From NCBI RefSeq assembly GCF_009914755.1, contig NC_060940.1: a stretch of 64,000 bases of DNA; one strand, written 5' to 3'. This stretch comes from the human T2T-CHM13v2.0 reference genome, Homo sapiens. The notes under the pieces were generated by a model. It ran no database searches. It saw only the letters and a list, made by a program, of their open reading frames with translations, and had not been told where the DNA came from. The position numbers and the translations under genes were made by a program. Every line of letters starts with the position of its first letter. The stretch's first letter is position 1. This document shows positions 13,401-26,225 of this stretch, in pieces.

Positions 13401-15359
13401 CACTCTTTTTCTGCAATTTGCAAGTGGAGACTTCAAGCGCTTTGAGGCCAAAGGCAGAAAAGGAAATATCTTCGTATAAAAACCCGACAGAATCATTCTC
13501 AGAAACTGCTCTGTGATGTGTGCGTTCAACTCACAGAGTTTAACTTTTCTTTTCATTCAGCAGTTTGGAAACACTCTGTTTGTAAAGTCTGCAAGTGGAT
13601 ATCTTGGCCTCTTAGAGGCCTTCGTTGGAAACGGGTTTTTTCATGTAAGGTTAGACAGAGGAATTCCCAGTAACTTCCTTGTGTTGTGTGCATTCAACTC
13701 ACAGAGTTGAATGATTCTTTACACAGAGCAGATTTGAGACACTCTTTGGGTGGAATTTGTAAGTGGAGAATTCAGCTGCTTTGAGGTCAACGGTAGAAAA
13801 GGAAATATCTTCGTATAAAAACTAGACAGAATGATTCTCAGAAACTGTTTTGTGATGTGTGCGTTCAACTCACAGAGTTTAACCTTTCTTTTCAAAGAGC
13901 AGTTAGGAAACACTCTGTTTGTAAAGTCTGCAAGTGGATATTCAGACCTCTTTGAGGCCTTCGTTGGAAACGGGGTTTCTTCATATTATGCTAGACAGAT
14001 GAATTCTCAGTAACTTCCTTGTGTTGTGTGTATTCAACTCACAGAGTTGAACGATCCTTTACACAGAGCAGATTTGAAACACTGTTTTTCTGGAATTTGC
14101 AAGTGGAGATTTCAGCCGCTTTGAGGTCAATGGTAGAAAAGGAAATATCTTCGTATAAAAACTAGACAGAATGATTCTCAGAAACTCCTTTGTGATGTGT
14201 GCGTTCAACTCACAGAGTTTAACCTTTCTTTTCACAGAGCAGTTAGGAAACACTCTGTTTGTGAAGCCTGCCAGTGGATATTCGGACCTCTTTGAGGCCT
14301 TCGTTGGAAACGGGATTTCTTCATATTATGCTAGACAAAAGATTTCTCAGTAACTTCTTTGTGTTGTGTATATGCAACTCACAGAGTTCAACCTTCCTTT
14401 AGACAGAGCAGATTTGAAACACTCTTTTTGTGGAATTTGCAAGTGGAGATTTCAAGCGCTTCGATGCCAATGGTAGAAAAGGAAATATCTTCGTATAAAA
14501 ACAAGACAAACTCGTTCCCAGACACTGCGTAGTGATGTGTGTGTTTAACTCACAGAGTTTCACCTTTCTTTTCATACAGCATTCTGGAAACCCTCTGTTT
14601 GTAAAGTCTGCAAGTGGATATTTGGATCTCTTAGATGCCTTCGTTGGAAACGGGATTTCTTCATATAATGCTAGAGGGAAGAATTCTTAGTAACTTCTTT
14701 GTGTTGTGTGTATTCAACTGACAGAGTTGAACCTTCCTTTAGAGAGAGCAGATTTGAAAGTCTCTTTTTGTGGAATTTGCAAGTGGAGATTTCAAGCGCT
14801 TTGAGGCCAAAAGCAGAAAAGGAAATATTTTCCTATAAAAACTCGACAGAATCTTTCTCAGAAACTGCTCTGGGATGTGTGCGTTCAACTCACAGAGTTT
14901 AACTTTTCTTTTCATTCAGCAGTTTGGAAACACTCTGTTTGGAAAGTCTGCACGTGGATATTTTGACCTCTTTGAGGCCTTCGTTGGAAACGGGTTTTTT
15001 TCATGTAAGGCTAGACAGAAGAAATCTCAGTAACTTCCTTGTGTTGTGTGTATTCAACTGACAGAGTTGAACCTTCCTTTAGACAGAGCAGATTCGAAAC
15101 ACTCTTTTTCTGCAATTTGCAAGTGGAGACTTCAAGCGCTTTGAGGCCAAAGGCAGAAAAGGAAATATCTTCGTATAAAAACCCGACAGAATCATTCTCA
15201 GAAACTGCTCTGTGATGTGTGCGTTCAACTCACAGAGTTTAACTTTTCTTTTCATTCAGCAGTTTGGAAACACTCTGTTTGTAAAGTCTGCAAGTGGATA
15301 TCTTGGCCTCTTAGAGGCCTTCGTTGGAAACGGGTTTTTTCATTTAAGGTTAGACAGAG

Positions 15360-16718
15360 GAATTCCCAGTAACTTCCTTGTGTTGTGTGCATTCAACTCA
15401 CAGAGTTGAATGATTCTTTACACAGAGCAGATTTGAGACACTCTTTTGGTGGAATTTGTAAGTGGAGAATTCAGCCGCTTTGAGGTCAACGGTAGAAAAG
15501 GAAATATCTTCGTATAAAAACTAGACAGAATGATTCTCAGAAACTGTTTTGTGATGTGTGCTTTCAACTCACAGAGTTTAACCTTTCTTTTCAAAGAGCA
15601 GTTAGGAAACACTCTGTTTGTAAAGTCTGCAAGTGGATATTCAGACCTCTTTGAGGCCTTCGTTGGAAACGGGATTTCTTCATATTATGCTAGACAGAAG
15701 ATTTCTCAGTAACTTCTTTGTGTTGTGTGTATGCAACTCACAGAGTTCAACCTTCCTTTAGACAGAGCAGATTTGAAACACTCTTTTTGTGGAATTTGCA
15801 AGTGGAGATTTCAAGCGCTTCGATGCCAATGGTAGAAAAGGAAATATCTTCGTATAAAAACAAGACAAACTCGTTCCCAGACACTGCGTAGTGATGTGTG
15901 TGTTTAACTCACAGAGTTTCACCTTTCTTTTCATACAGCATTCTGGAAACCCTGTGTTTGTAAAGTCTGCAAGTGGATATTTGGACCTCTTAGATGCCTT
16001 CGTTGGAAACGGGATTTCTTCATATAATGCTAGAGGGAAGAATTCTTAGTAACTTCTTTGTGTTGTGTGTATTCAACTGACAGAGTTGAACCTTCCTTTA
16101 GACAGAGCAGATTTGAAAGTCTCTTTTTGTGGAATTTGCAAGTGGAGATTTCAAGCGCTTTGAGGCCAAAAGCAGAAAAGGAAATATTTTCCTATAAAAA
16201 CTCGACAGAATCTTTCTCAGAAACTGCTCTGGGATGTGTGCGTTCAACTCACAGAGTTTAACTTTTCTTTTCATTCAGCAGTTTGGAAACACTCTGTTTG
16301 GAAAGTCTGCACGTGGATATTTTGACCTCTTTGAGGCCTTCGTTGGAAACGGGTTTTTTTCATGTAAGGCTAGACAGAAGAAATCTCAGTAACTTCCTTG
16401 TGTTGTGTGTATTCAACTGACAGAGTTGAACCTTCCTTTAGACAGAGCAGATTCGAAACACTCTTTTTCTGCAATTTGCAAGTGGAGACTTCAAGCGCTT
16501 TGAGGCCAAAGGCAGAAAAGGAAATATCTTCGTATAAAAACCCGACAGAATCATTCTCAGAAACTGCTCTGTGATGTGTGCGTTCAACTCACAGAGTTTA
16601 ACTTTTCTTTTCATTCAGCAGTTTGGAAACACTCTGTTTGTAAAGTCTGCAAGTGGATATCTTGGCCTCTTAGAGGCCTTCGTTGGAAACGGGTTTTTTC
16701 ATGTAAGGTTAGACAGAG
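15360..16718 (+). repeat. Variant HOR, 8-mer (1359 bp), dimer B deleted (A-C-D-E)
   Basis: Marker spacing 15418->16777 = 1359 = 1699-340. The hybrid ORF at 15530 starts A-like (NCF...FKEQ) and ends B-like (QKISQ). Confidence 0.95.
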
Positions 16719-19700
16719 GAATTCCCAGTAACTTCCTTGTGTTGTGTGCATTCAACTCACAGAGTTGAATGATTCTTTACACAGAGCAGATTTGAGACAC
16801 TCTTTTGGTGGAATTTGTAAGTGGAGAATTCAGCCGCTTTGAGGTCAACGGTAGAAAAGGAAATATCTTCGTATAAAAACTAGACAGAATGATTCTCAGA
16901 AACTGTTTTGTGATGTGTGCGTTCAACTCACAGAGTTTAACCTTTCTTTTCAAAGAGCAGTTAGGAAACACTCTGTTTGTAAAGTCTGCAAGTGGATATT
17001 CAGATCTCTTTGAGGCCTTCGTTGGAAACGGGGTTTCTTCATATTATGCTAGACAGATGAATTCTCAGTAACTTCCTTGTGTTGTGTGTATTCAACTCAC
17101 AGAGTTGAACGATCCTTTACACAGAGCAGATTTGAAACACTGTTTTTCTGGAATTTGCAAGTGGAGATTTCAGCCGCTTTGAGGTCAATGGTAGAAAAGG
17201 AAATATCTTCGTATAAAAACTAGACAGAATGATTCTCAGAAACTCCTTTGTGATGTGTGCGTTCAACTCACAGAGTTTAACCTTTCTTTTCACAGAGCAG
17301 TTAGGAAACACTCTGTTTGTGAAGCCTGCCAGTGGATATTCGGACCTCTTTGAGGCCTTCGTTGGAAACGGGATTTCTTCATATTATGCTAGACAGAAGA
17401 TTTCTCAGTAACTTCTTTGTGTTGTGTGTATGCAACTCACAGAGTTCAACCTTCCTTTAGACAGAGCAGATTTGAAACACTCTTTTTGTGGAATTTGCAA
17501 GTGGAGATTTCAAGCGCTTCGATGCCAATGGTAGAAAAGGAAATATCTTCGTATAAAAACAAGACAAACTCGTTCCCAGACACTGCGTAGTGATGTGTGT
17601 GTTTAACTCACAGAGTTTCACCTTTCTTTTCATACAGCATTCTGGAAACCCTGTGTTTGTAAAGTCTGCAAGTGGATATTTGGACCTCTTAGATGCCTTC
17701 GTTGGAAACGGGATTTCTTCATATAATGCTAGAGGGAAGAATTCTTAGTAACTTCTTTGTGTTGTGTGTATTCAACTGACAGAGTTGAACCTTCCTTTAG
17801 ACAGAGCAGATTTGAAAGTCTCTTTTTGTGGAATTTGCAAGTGGAGATTTCAAGCGCTTTGAGGCCAAAAGCAGAAAAGGAAATATTTTCCTATAAAAAC
17901 TCGACAGAATCTTTCTCAGAAACTGCTCTGGGATGTGTGCGTTCAACTCACAGAGTTTAACTTTTCTTTTCATTCAGCAGTTTGGAAACACTCTGTTTGG
18001 AAAGTCTGCACGTGGATATTTTGACCTCTTTGAGGCCTTCGTTGGAAACGGGTTTTTTTCATGTAAGGCTAGACAGAAGAAATCTCAGTAACTTCCTTGT
18101 GTTGTGTGTATTCAACTGACAGAGTTGAACCTTCCTTTAGACAGAGCAGATTCGAAACACTCTTTTTCTGCAATTTGCAAGTGGAGACTTCAAGCGCTTT
18201 GAGGCCAAAGGCAGAAAAGGAAATATCTTCGTATAAAAACCTGACAGAATCATTCTCAGAAACTGCTCTGTGATGTGTGCGTTCAACTCACAGAGTTTAA
18301 CTTTTCTTTTCATTCAGCAGTTTGGAAACACTCTGTTTGTAAAGTCTGCAAGTGGATATCTTGGCCTCTTAGAGGCCTTCGTTGGAAACGGGTTTTTTCA
18401 TGTAAGGTTAGACAGAGGAATTCCCAGTAACTTCCTTGTGTTGTGTGCATTCAACTCACAGAGTTGAATGATTCTTTACACAGAGCAGATTTGAGACACT
18501 CTTTTGGTGGAATTTGTAAGTGGAGAATTCAGCTGCTTTGAGGTCAACGGTAGAAAAGGAAATATCTTCGTATAAAAACTAGACAGAATGATTCTCAGAA
18601 ACTGTTTTGTGATGTGTGCGTTCAACTCACAGAGTTTAACCTTTCTTTTCAAAGAGCAGTTAGGAAACACTCTGTTTGTAAAGTCTGCAAGTGGATATTC
18701 AGACCTCTTTGAGGCCTTCGTTGGAAACGGGATTTCTTCATATTATGCTAGACAGATGAATTCTCAGTAACTTCCTTGTGTTGTGTGTATTCAACTCACA
18801 GAGTTGAACGATCCTTTACACAGAGCAGATTTGAAACACTGTTTTTCTGGAATTTGCAAGTGGAGATTTCAGCCGCTTTGAGGTCAATGGTAGAAAAGGA
18901 AATATCTTCGTATAAAAACTAGACAGAATGATTCTCAGAAACTCCTTTGTGATGTGTGCGTTCAACTCACAGAGTTTAACCTTTCTTTTCACAGAGCAGT
19001 TAGGAAACACTCTGTTTGTGAAGCCTGCCAGTGGATATTCGGACCTCTTTGAGGCCTTCGTTGGAAACGGGATTTCTTCATATTATGCTAGACAAAAGAT
19101 TTCTCAGTAACTTCTTTGTGTTGTGTATATGCAACTCACAGAGTTCAACCTTCCTTTAGACAGAGCAGATTTGAAACACTCTTTTTGTGGAATTTGCAAG
19201 TGGAGATTTCAAGCGCTTCGATGCCAATGGTAGAAAAGGAAATATCTTCGTATAAAAACAAGACAAACTCGTTCCCAGACACTGCGTAGTGATGTGTGTG
19301 TTTAACTCACAGAGTTTCACCTTTCTTTTCATACAGCATTCTGGAAACCCTCTGTTTGTAAAGTCTGCAAGTGGATATTTGGACCTCTTAGATGCCTTCG
19401 TTGGAAACGGGATTTCTTCATATAATGCTAGAGGGAAGAATTCTTAGTAACTTCTTTGTGTTGTGTGTATTCAGCTGACAGAGTTGAACCTTCCTTTAGA
19501 CAGAGCAGATTTGAAAGTCTCTTTTTGTGGAATTTGCAAGTGGAGATTTCAAGCGCTTTGAGGCCAAAAGCAGAAAAGGAAATATTTTCCTATAAAAACT
19601 CGACAGAATCTTTCTCAGAAACTGCTCTGGGATGTGTGCGTTCAACTCACAGAGTTTAACTTTTCTTTTCATTCAGCAGTTTGGAAACACTCTGTTTGGA

Positions 19701-21815
19701 AAGTCTGCACGTGGATATTTTGACCTCTTTGAGGCCTTCGTTGGAAACGGGTTTTTTTCATGTAAGGCTAGACAGAAGAAATCTCAGTAACTTCCTTGTG
19801 TTGTGTGTATTCAACTGACAGAGTTGAACCTTCCTTTAGACAGAGCAGATTCGAAACACTCTTTTTCTGCAATTTGCAAGTGGAGACTTCAAGCGCTTTG
19901 AGGCCAAAGGCAGAAAAGGAAATATCTTCGTATAAAAACCCGACAGAATCATTCTCAGAAACTGCTCTGTGATGTGTGCGTTCAACTCACAGAGTTTAAC
20001 TTTTCTTTTCATTCAGCAGTTTGGAAACACTCTGTTTGTAAAGTCTGCAAGTGGATATCTTGGCCTCTTAGAGGCCTTCGTTGGAAACGGGTTTTTTCAT
20101 GTAAGGTTAGACAGAGGAATTCCCAGTAACTTCCTTGTGTTGTGTGCATTCAACTCACAGAGTTGAATGATTCTTTACACAGAGCAGATTTGAGACACTC
20201 TTTTGGTGGAATTTGTAAGTGGAGAATTCAGCCGCTTTGAGGTCAACGGTAGAAAAGGAAATATCTTCGTATAAAAACTAGACAGAATGATTCTCAGAAA
20301 CTGTTTTGTGATGTGTGCGTTCAACTCACAGAGTTTAACCTTTCTTTTCAAAGAGCAGTTAGGAAACACTCTGTTTGTAAAGTCTGCAAGTGGATATTCA
20401 GACCTCTTTGAGGCCTTCGTTGGAAACGGGATTTCTTCATATTATGCTAGACAGATGAATTCTCAGTAACTTCCTTGTGTTGTGTGTATTCAACTCACAG
20501 AGTTGAACGATCCTTTACACAGAGCAGATTTGAAACACTGTTTTTCTGGAATTTGCAAGTGGAGATTTCAGCCGCTTTGAGGTCAATGGTAGAAAAGGAA
20601 ATATCTTCGTATAAAAACTAGACAGAATGATTCTCAGAAACTCCTTTGTGATGTGTGCGTTCAACTCACAGAGTTTAACCTTTCTTTTCACAGAGCAGTT
20701 AGGAAACACTCTGTTTGTGAAGCCTGCCAGTGGATATTCGGACCTCTTTGAGGCCTTCGTTGGAAACGGGATTTCTTCATATTATGCTAGACAGAAGATT
20801 TCTCAGTAACTTCTTTGTGTTGTGTGTATGCAACTCACAGAGTTCAACCTTCCTTTAGACAGAGCAGATTTGAAACACTCTTTTTGTGGAATTTGCAAGT
20901 GGAGATTTCAAGCGCTTCGATGCCAATGGTAGAAAAGGAAATATCTTCGTATAAAAACAAGACAAACTCGTTCCCAGACACTGCGTAGTGATGTGTGTGT
21001 TTAACTCACAGAGTTTCACCTTTCTTTTCATACAGCATTCTGGAAACCCTGTGTTTGTAAAGTCTGCAAGTGGATATTTGGACCTCTTAGATGCCTTCGT
21101 TGGAAACGGGATTTCTTCATATAATGCTAGAGGGAAGAATTCTTAGTAACTTCTTTGTGTTGTGTGTATTCAACTGACAGAGTTGAACCTTCCTTTAGAC
21201 AGAGCAGATTTGAAAGTCTCTTTTTGTGGAATTTGCAAGTGGAGATTTCAAGCGCTTTGAGGCCAAAAGCAGAAAAGGAAATATTTTCCTATAAAAACTC
21301 GACAGAATCTTTCTCAGAAACTGCTCTGGGATGTGTGCGTTCAACTCACAGAGTTTAACTTTTCTTTTCATTCAGCAGTTTGGAAACACTCTGTTTGGAA
21401 AGTCTGCACGTGGATATTTTGACCTCTTTGAGGCCTTCGTTGGAAACGGGTTTTTTTCATGTAAGGCTAGACAGAAGAAATCTCAGTAACTTCCTTGTGT
21501 TGTGTGTATTCAACTGACAGAGTTGAACCTTCCTTTAGACAGAGCAGATTCGAAACACTCTTTTTCTGCAATTTGCAAGTGGAGACTTCAAGCGCTTTGA
21601 GGCCAAAGGCAGAAAAGGAAATATCTTCGTATAAAAACCCGACAGAATCATTCTCAGAAACTGCTCTGTGATGTGTGCGTTCAACTCACAGAGTTTAACT
21701 TTTCTTTTCATTCAGCAGTTTGGAAACACTCTGTTTGTAAAGTCTGCAAGTGGATATCTTGGCCTCTTAGAGGCCTTCGTTGGAAACGGGTTTTTTCATG
21801 TAAGGTTAGACAGAG

Positions 21816-23512
21816 GAATTCCCAGTAACTTCCTTGTGTTGTGTGCATTCAACTCACAGAGTTGAATGATTCTTTACACAGAGCAGATTTGAGACACTCT
21901 TTTGGTGGAATTTGTAAGTGGAGAATTCAGCTGCTTTGAGGTCAACGGTAGAAAAGGAAATATCTTCGTATAAAAACTAGACAGAATGATTCTCAGAAAC
22001 TGTTTTGTGATGTGTGCGTTCAACTCACAGAGTTTAACCTTTCTTTTCAAAGAGCAGTTAGGAAACACTCTGTTTGTAAAGTCTGCAAGTGGATATTCAG
22101 ACCTCTTTGAGGCCTTCGTTGGAAACGGGATTTCTTCATATTATGCTAGACAGATGAATTCTCAGTAACTTCCTTGTGTTGTGTGTATTCAAGTCACAGA
22201 GTTGAACGATCCTTTACACAGAGCAGATTTGAAACACTGTTTTTCTGGAATTTGCAAGTGGAGATTTCAGCCGCTTTGAGGTCAATGGTAGAAAAGGAAA
22301 TATCTTCGTATAAAAACTAGACAGAATGATTCTCAGAAACTCCTTTGTGATGTGTGCGTTCAACTCACAGAGTTTAACCTTTCTTTTCACAGAGCAGTTA
22401 GGAAACACTCTGTTTGTGAAGCCTGCCAGTGGATATTCGGACCTCTTTGAGGCCTTCGTTGGAAACGGGATTTCTTCATATTATGCTAGACAGAAGATTT
22501 CTCAGTAACTTCTTTGTGTTGTGTGTATGCAACTCACAGAGTTCAACCTTCCTTTAGACAGAGCAGATTTGAAACACTCTTTTTGTGGAATTTGCAAGTG
22601 GAGATTTCAAGCGCTTCGATGCCAATGGTAGAAAAGGAAATATCTTCGTATAAAAACAAGACAAACTCGTTCCCAGACACTGCGTAGTGATGTGTGTGTT
22701 TAACTCACAGAGTTTCACCTTTCTTTTCATACAGCATTCTGGAAACCCTCTGTTTGTAAAGTCTGCAAGTGGATATTTGGACCTCTTAGATGCCTTCGTT
22801 GGAAACGGGATTTCTTCATATAATGCTAGAGGGAAGAATTCTTAGTAACTTCTTTGTGTTTTGTGTATTCAACTGACAGAGTTGAACCTTCCTTTAGACA
22901 GAGCAGATTTGAAAGTCTCTTTTTGTGGAATTTGCAAGTGGAGATTTCAAGCGCTTTGAGGCCAAAAGCAGAAAAGGAAATATTTTCCTATACAAACTCG
23001 ACAGAATCTTTCTCAGAAACTGCTCTGGGATGTGTGTGTTCAACTCACAGAGTTTAACTTTCTTTTCATTCAGCAGTTTGGAAACACTCTGTTTGGAAAG
23101 TCTGCACGTGGATATTTTGACCTCTTTGAGGCCTTCGTTGGAAACGGGTTTTTTTCATGTAAGGCTAGACAGAAGAAATCTCAGTAACTTCCTTGTGTTG
23201 TGTGTATTCAACTGACAGAGTTGAACCTTCCTTTAGACAGAGCAGATTCGAAACGCTCTTTTTCTGCAATTTGCAAGTGGAGACTTCAAGCGCTTTGAGG
23301 CCAAGGCAGAAAAGGAAATATCTTCGTATAAAAACCCGACAGAATCATTCTCAGAAACTGCTCTGTGATGTGTGCGTTCAACTCACAGAGTTTAACTTTT
23401 CTTTTCATTCAGCAGTTTGGAAACACTCTGTTTGTAAAGTCTGCAAGTGGATATCTTGGCCTCTTAGAGGCCTTCGTTGGAAACGCGTTTTTTCATGTAA
23501 GGTTAGACAGAG
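21816..23512 (+). repeat. Divergent 10-mer HOR (1697 bp, two 1-bp deletions, core-mutated CENP-B box)
   Basis: Marker spacing 21874->23571 = 1697. Deletions at ~23060 (TTTAACTTTCTTTT) and ~23304 (GGCCAAGGCAG). Confidence 0.9.
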
Positions 23513-25211
23513 GAATTCCCAGTAACTTCCTTGTGTTGTGTGCATTCAACTCACAGAGTTGAATGATTCTTTACACAGAGCAGATTTGAGACACACTTTT
23601 GGTGGAATTTGTAAGTGGAGAATTCAGCCGCTTTGAGGTCAACGGTAGAAAAGGAAATATCTTCGTATAAAAACTAGAAAGAATGATTCTCAGAAACTGT
23701 TTTGTGATGTGTGCGTTCAACTCACAGAGTTTAACCTTTCTTTTCAAAGAGCAGTTAGGAAACACTCTGTTTGTAAAGTCTACAAGTGGATATTCAGACC
23801 TCTTTGAAGCCTTCGTTGGAAACGGGATTTCATCATATTATGCTAGACAGATGAATTCTCAGTAACTTCCTTGTGTTGTGTGTATTCAACTCACAGAGTT
23901 GAACGATCCTTTACACAGAGCAGATTTGAAACACTGTTTTTCTGGAATTTGCAAGTGGAGATTTCAGCCGCTTTGAGGTCAATGGTAGAAAAGGAAATAT
24001 CTTCGTATAAAAACTGGACAGAATGATTCTCAGAAACTCCTTTGTGATGTGTGCGTTCAACTCACAGAGTTTAACCTTTCTTTTCACAGAGCAGTTAGGA
24101 AACACTCTGTTTGTGAAGCCTGCCAGTGGATATTCGGACCTCTTTGAGGCCTTCGTTGGAAACGGGATTTCTTCATATTTTGCTAGACAGAAGATTTCTC
24201 AGTAACTTCTTTGTGTTGTGTATATGCAACTCACAGAGTTCAACCTTCCTTTAGACAGAGCAGATTTGAAACACTCTTTTTGTGGAATTTGCAAGTGGAG
24301 ATTTCAAGCGCTTCGATGCCAATGGTAGAAAAGGAAATATCTTCGTATAAAAACAAGACAAACTCGTTCCCAGACACTGCGTAGTGATGTGTGTGTTTAA
24401 CTCACAGAGTTTAACCTTTCTTTTCATACAGCATTCTGGAAACCCTCTGTTTGTAAAGTCTGCAAGTGGATATTTGGACCTCTTAGATGCCTTCGTTGGA
24501 AACGGGATTTCCTCATATAATGCTAGAGGGAAGAATTCTTAGTAACTTCTTTGTGTTGTGTGTATTCAACTGACAGAGTTGAACCTTCCTTTAGACAGAG
24601 CAGATTTGAAAGTCTCTTTTTGTGGAATTTGCAAGTGGAGATTTCAAGCGCTTTGAGGCCAAAAGCAGAAAAGGAAATATTTTCCTATAAAAACTCGACA
24701 CAATCTTTCTCAGAAACTGCTCTGGGATGTGTGCGTTCAACTCACAGAGTTTAACTTTTCTTTTCATTCAGCAGTTTGGAAACACTCTGTTTGGAAAGTC
24801 TGCACGTGGATATTTTGACCTCTTTGAGGCCTTCGTTGGAAACGGGTTTTTTTCATGTAAGGCTAGACAGAAGAAATCTCAGTAACTTCCTTGTGTTGTG
24901 TGTATTCAACTGACAGAGTTGAACCTTCCTTTAGACAGAGCAGATTCGAAACGCTCTTTTTCTGCAATTTGCAAGTGGAGACTTCAAGCGCTTTGAGGCC
25001 AAAGGCAGAAAAGGAAATATCTTCGTATAAAAACCCGACAGAATCATTCTCAGAAACTGCTCTGTGATGTGCGCGTTCAACTCACAGAGTTTAACTTTTC
25101 TTTTCATTCAGCAGTTTGGAAACACTCTGTTTGTAAAGTCTGCAAGTGGATATCTTGGCCTCTTAGAGGCCTTCGTTGGAAACGGGTTTTTTCATGTAAG
25201 GTTAGACAGAG

Positions 25212-26225
25212 GAATTCCCAGTAACTTCCTTGTGTTGTGTGCATTCAACTCACAGAGTTGAATGATTCTTTACACAGAGCAGATTTGAGACACTCTTTGG
25301 GTGGAATTTGTAAGTGGAGAATTCAGCCGCTTTGAGGTCAACGGTAGAAAAGGAAATATCTTCGTATAAAAACTAGACAGAATGATTCTCAGAAACTGTT
25401 TTGTGATGTGTGCGTTCAACTCACAGAGTTTAACCTTTCTTTTCAAAGAGCAGTTAGGAAACACTCTGTAAAGTCTGCAAGTGGATATTCAGACCTCTTT
25501 GAGGCCTTCGTTGGAAACGGGATTTCTTCATATAATGCTAGAGGGAAGAATTCTTAGTAACTTCTTTGTGTTGTGTGTATTCAACTGACAGAGTTGAACC
25601 TTCCTTTAGACAGAGCAGATTTGAAAGTCTCTTTTTGTGGAATTTGCAAGTGGAGATTTCAAGCACTTTGAGGCCAAAAGCAGAAAAGGAAATATTTTCC
25701 TATAAAAACTAGAGAGAATCATTCTCAGAAACTGCTCTGTGATGTGTGTGTTCAACTCACAGAGTTTAACTTTCTTTTCATTCAGCAGTTTGGAAACACT
25801 CTGTTTGGAAAGTCTGCACGTGGATATTTTGACCTCTTTGAGGCCTTCGTTGGAAACGGGTTTTTTTCATGTAAGGCTAGACAGAAGAAATCTCAGTAAC
25901 TTCCTTGTGTTGTGTGTATTCAACTGACAGAGTTGAACCTTCCTTTAGACAGAGCAGATTCGAAACGCTCTTTTTCTGCAATTTGCAAGTGGAGACTTCA
26001 AGCGCTTTGAGGCCAAAGGCAGAAAAGGAAATATCTTCGTATAAAAACCCGACAGAATCATTCTCAGAAACTGCTCTGTGATGTGTGCGTTCAACTCACA
26101 GATTTTAACTTTTCTTTTCATTCAGCAGTTTGGAAACACTCTGTTTGTAAAGTCTGCAAGTGGATATCTTGGCCTCTTAGAGGCCTTCGTTGGAAACGCG
26201 TTTTTTCATGTAAGGTTAGACAGAG
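25212..26225 (+). repeat. Variant HOR, 6-mer (1014 bp), dimers B and C deleted (A-D-E), plus 4-bp and 1-bp deletions
   Basis: Marker spacing 25270->26284 = 1014 = 1699-680-5. CACTCTGTAAAG at ~25462-25473 lacks 4 bp, and there is a 1-bp loss at ~25772. Confidence 0.93.

Noticed and set aside
14622-17010. Same GACCTC>GATCTC change in a C dimer (14627) and an A dimer (17005)
   Set aside because: It is a single transition at two sites, which cannot distinguish micro-conversion from recurrent mutation.
22925-23525. Longer ORFs (96 and 110 aa), repeated at 49758-50358
   Set aside because: They are produced by two 1-bp deletions and a stop-removing SNV that fuse satellite frames. There is no evidence of coding function.
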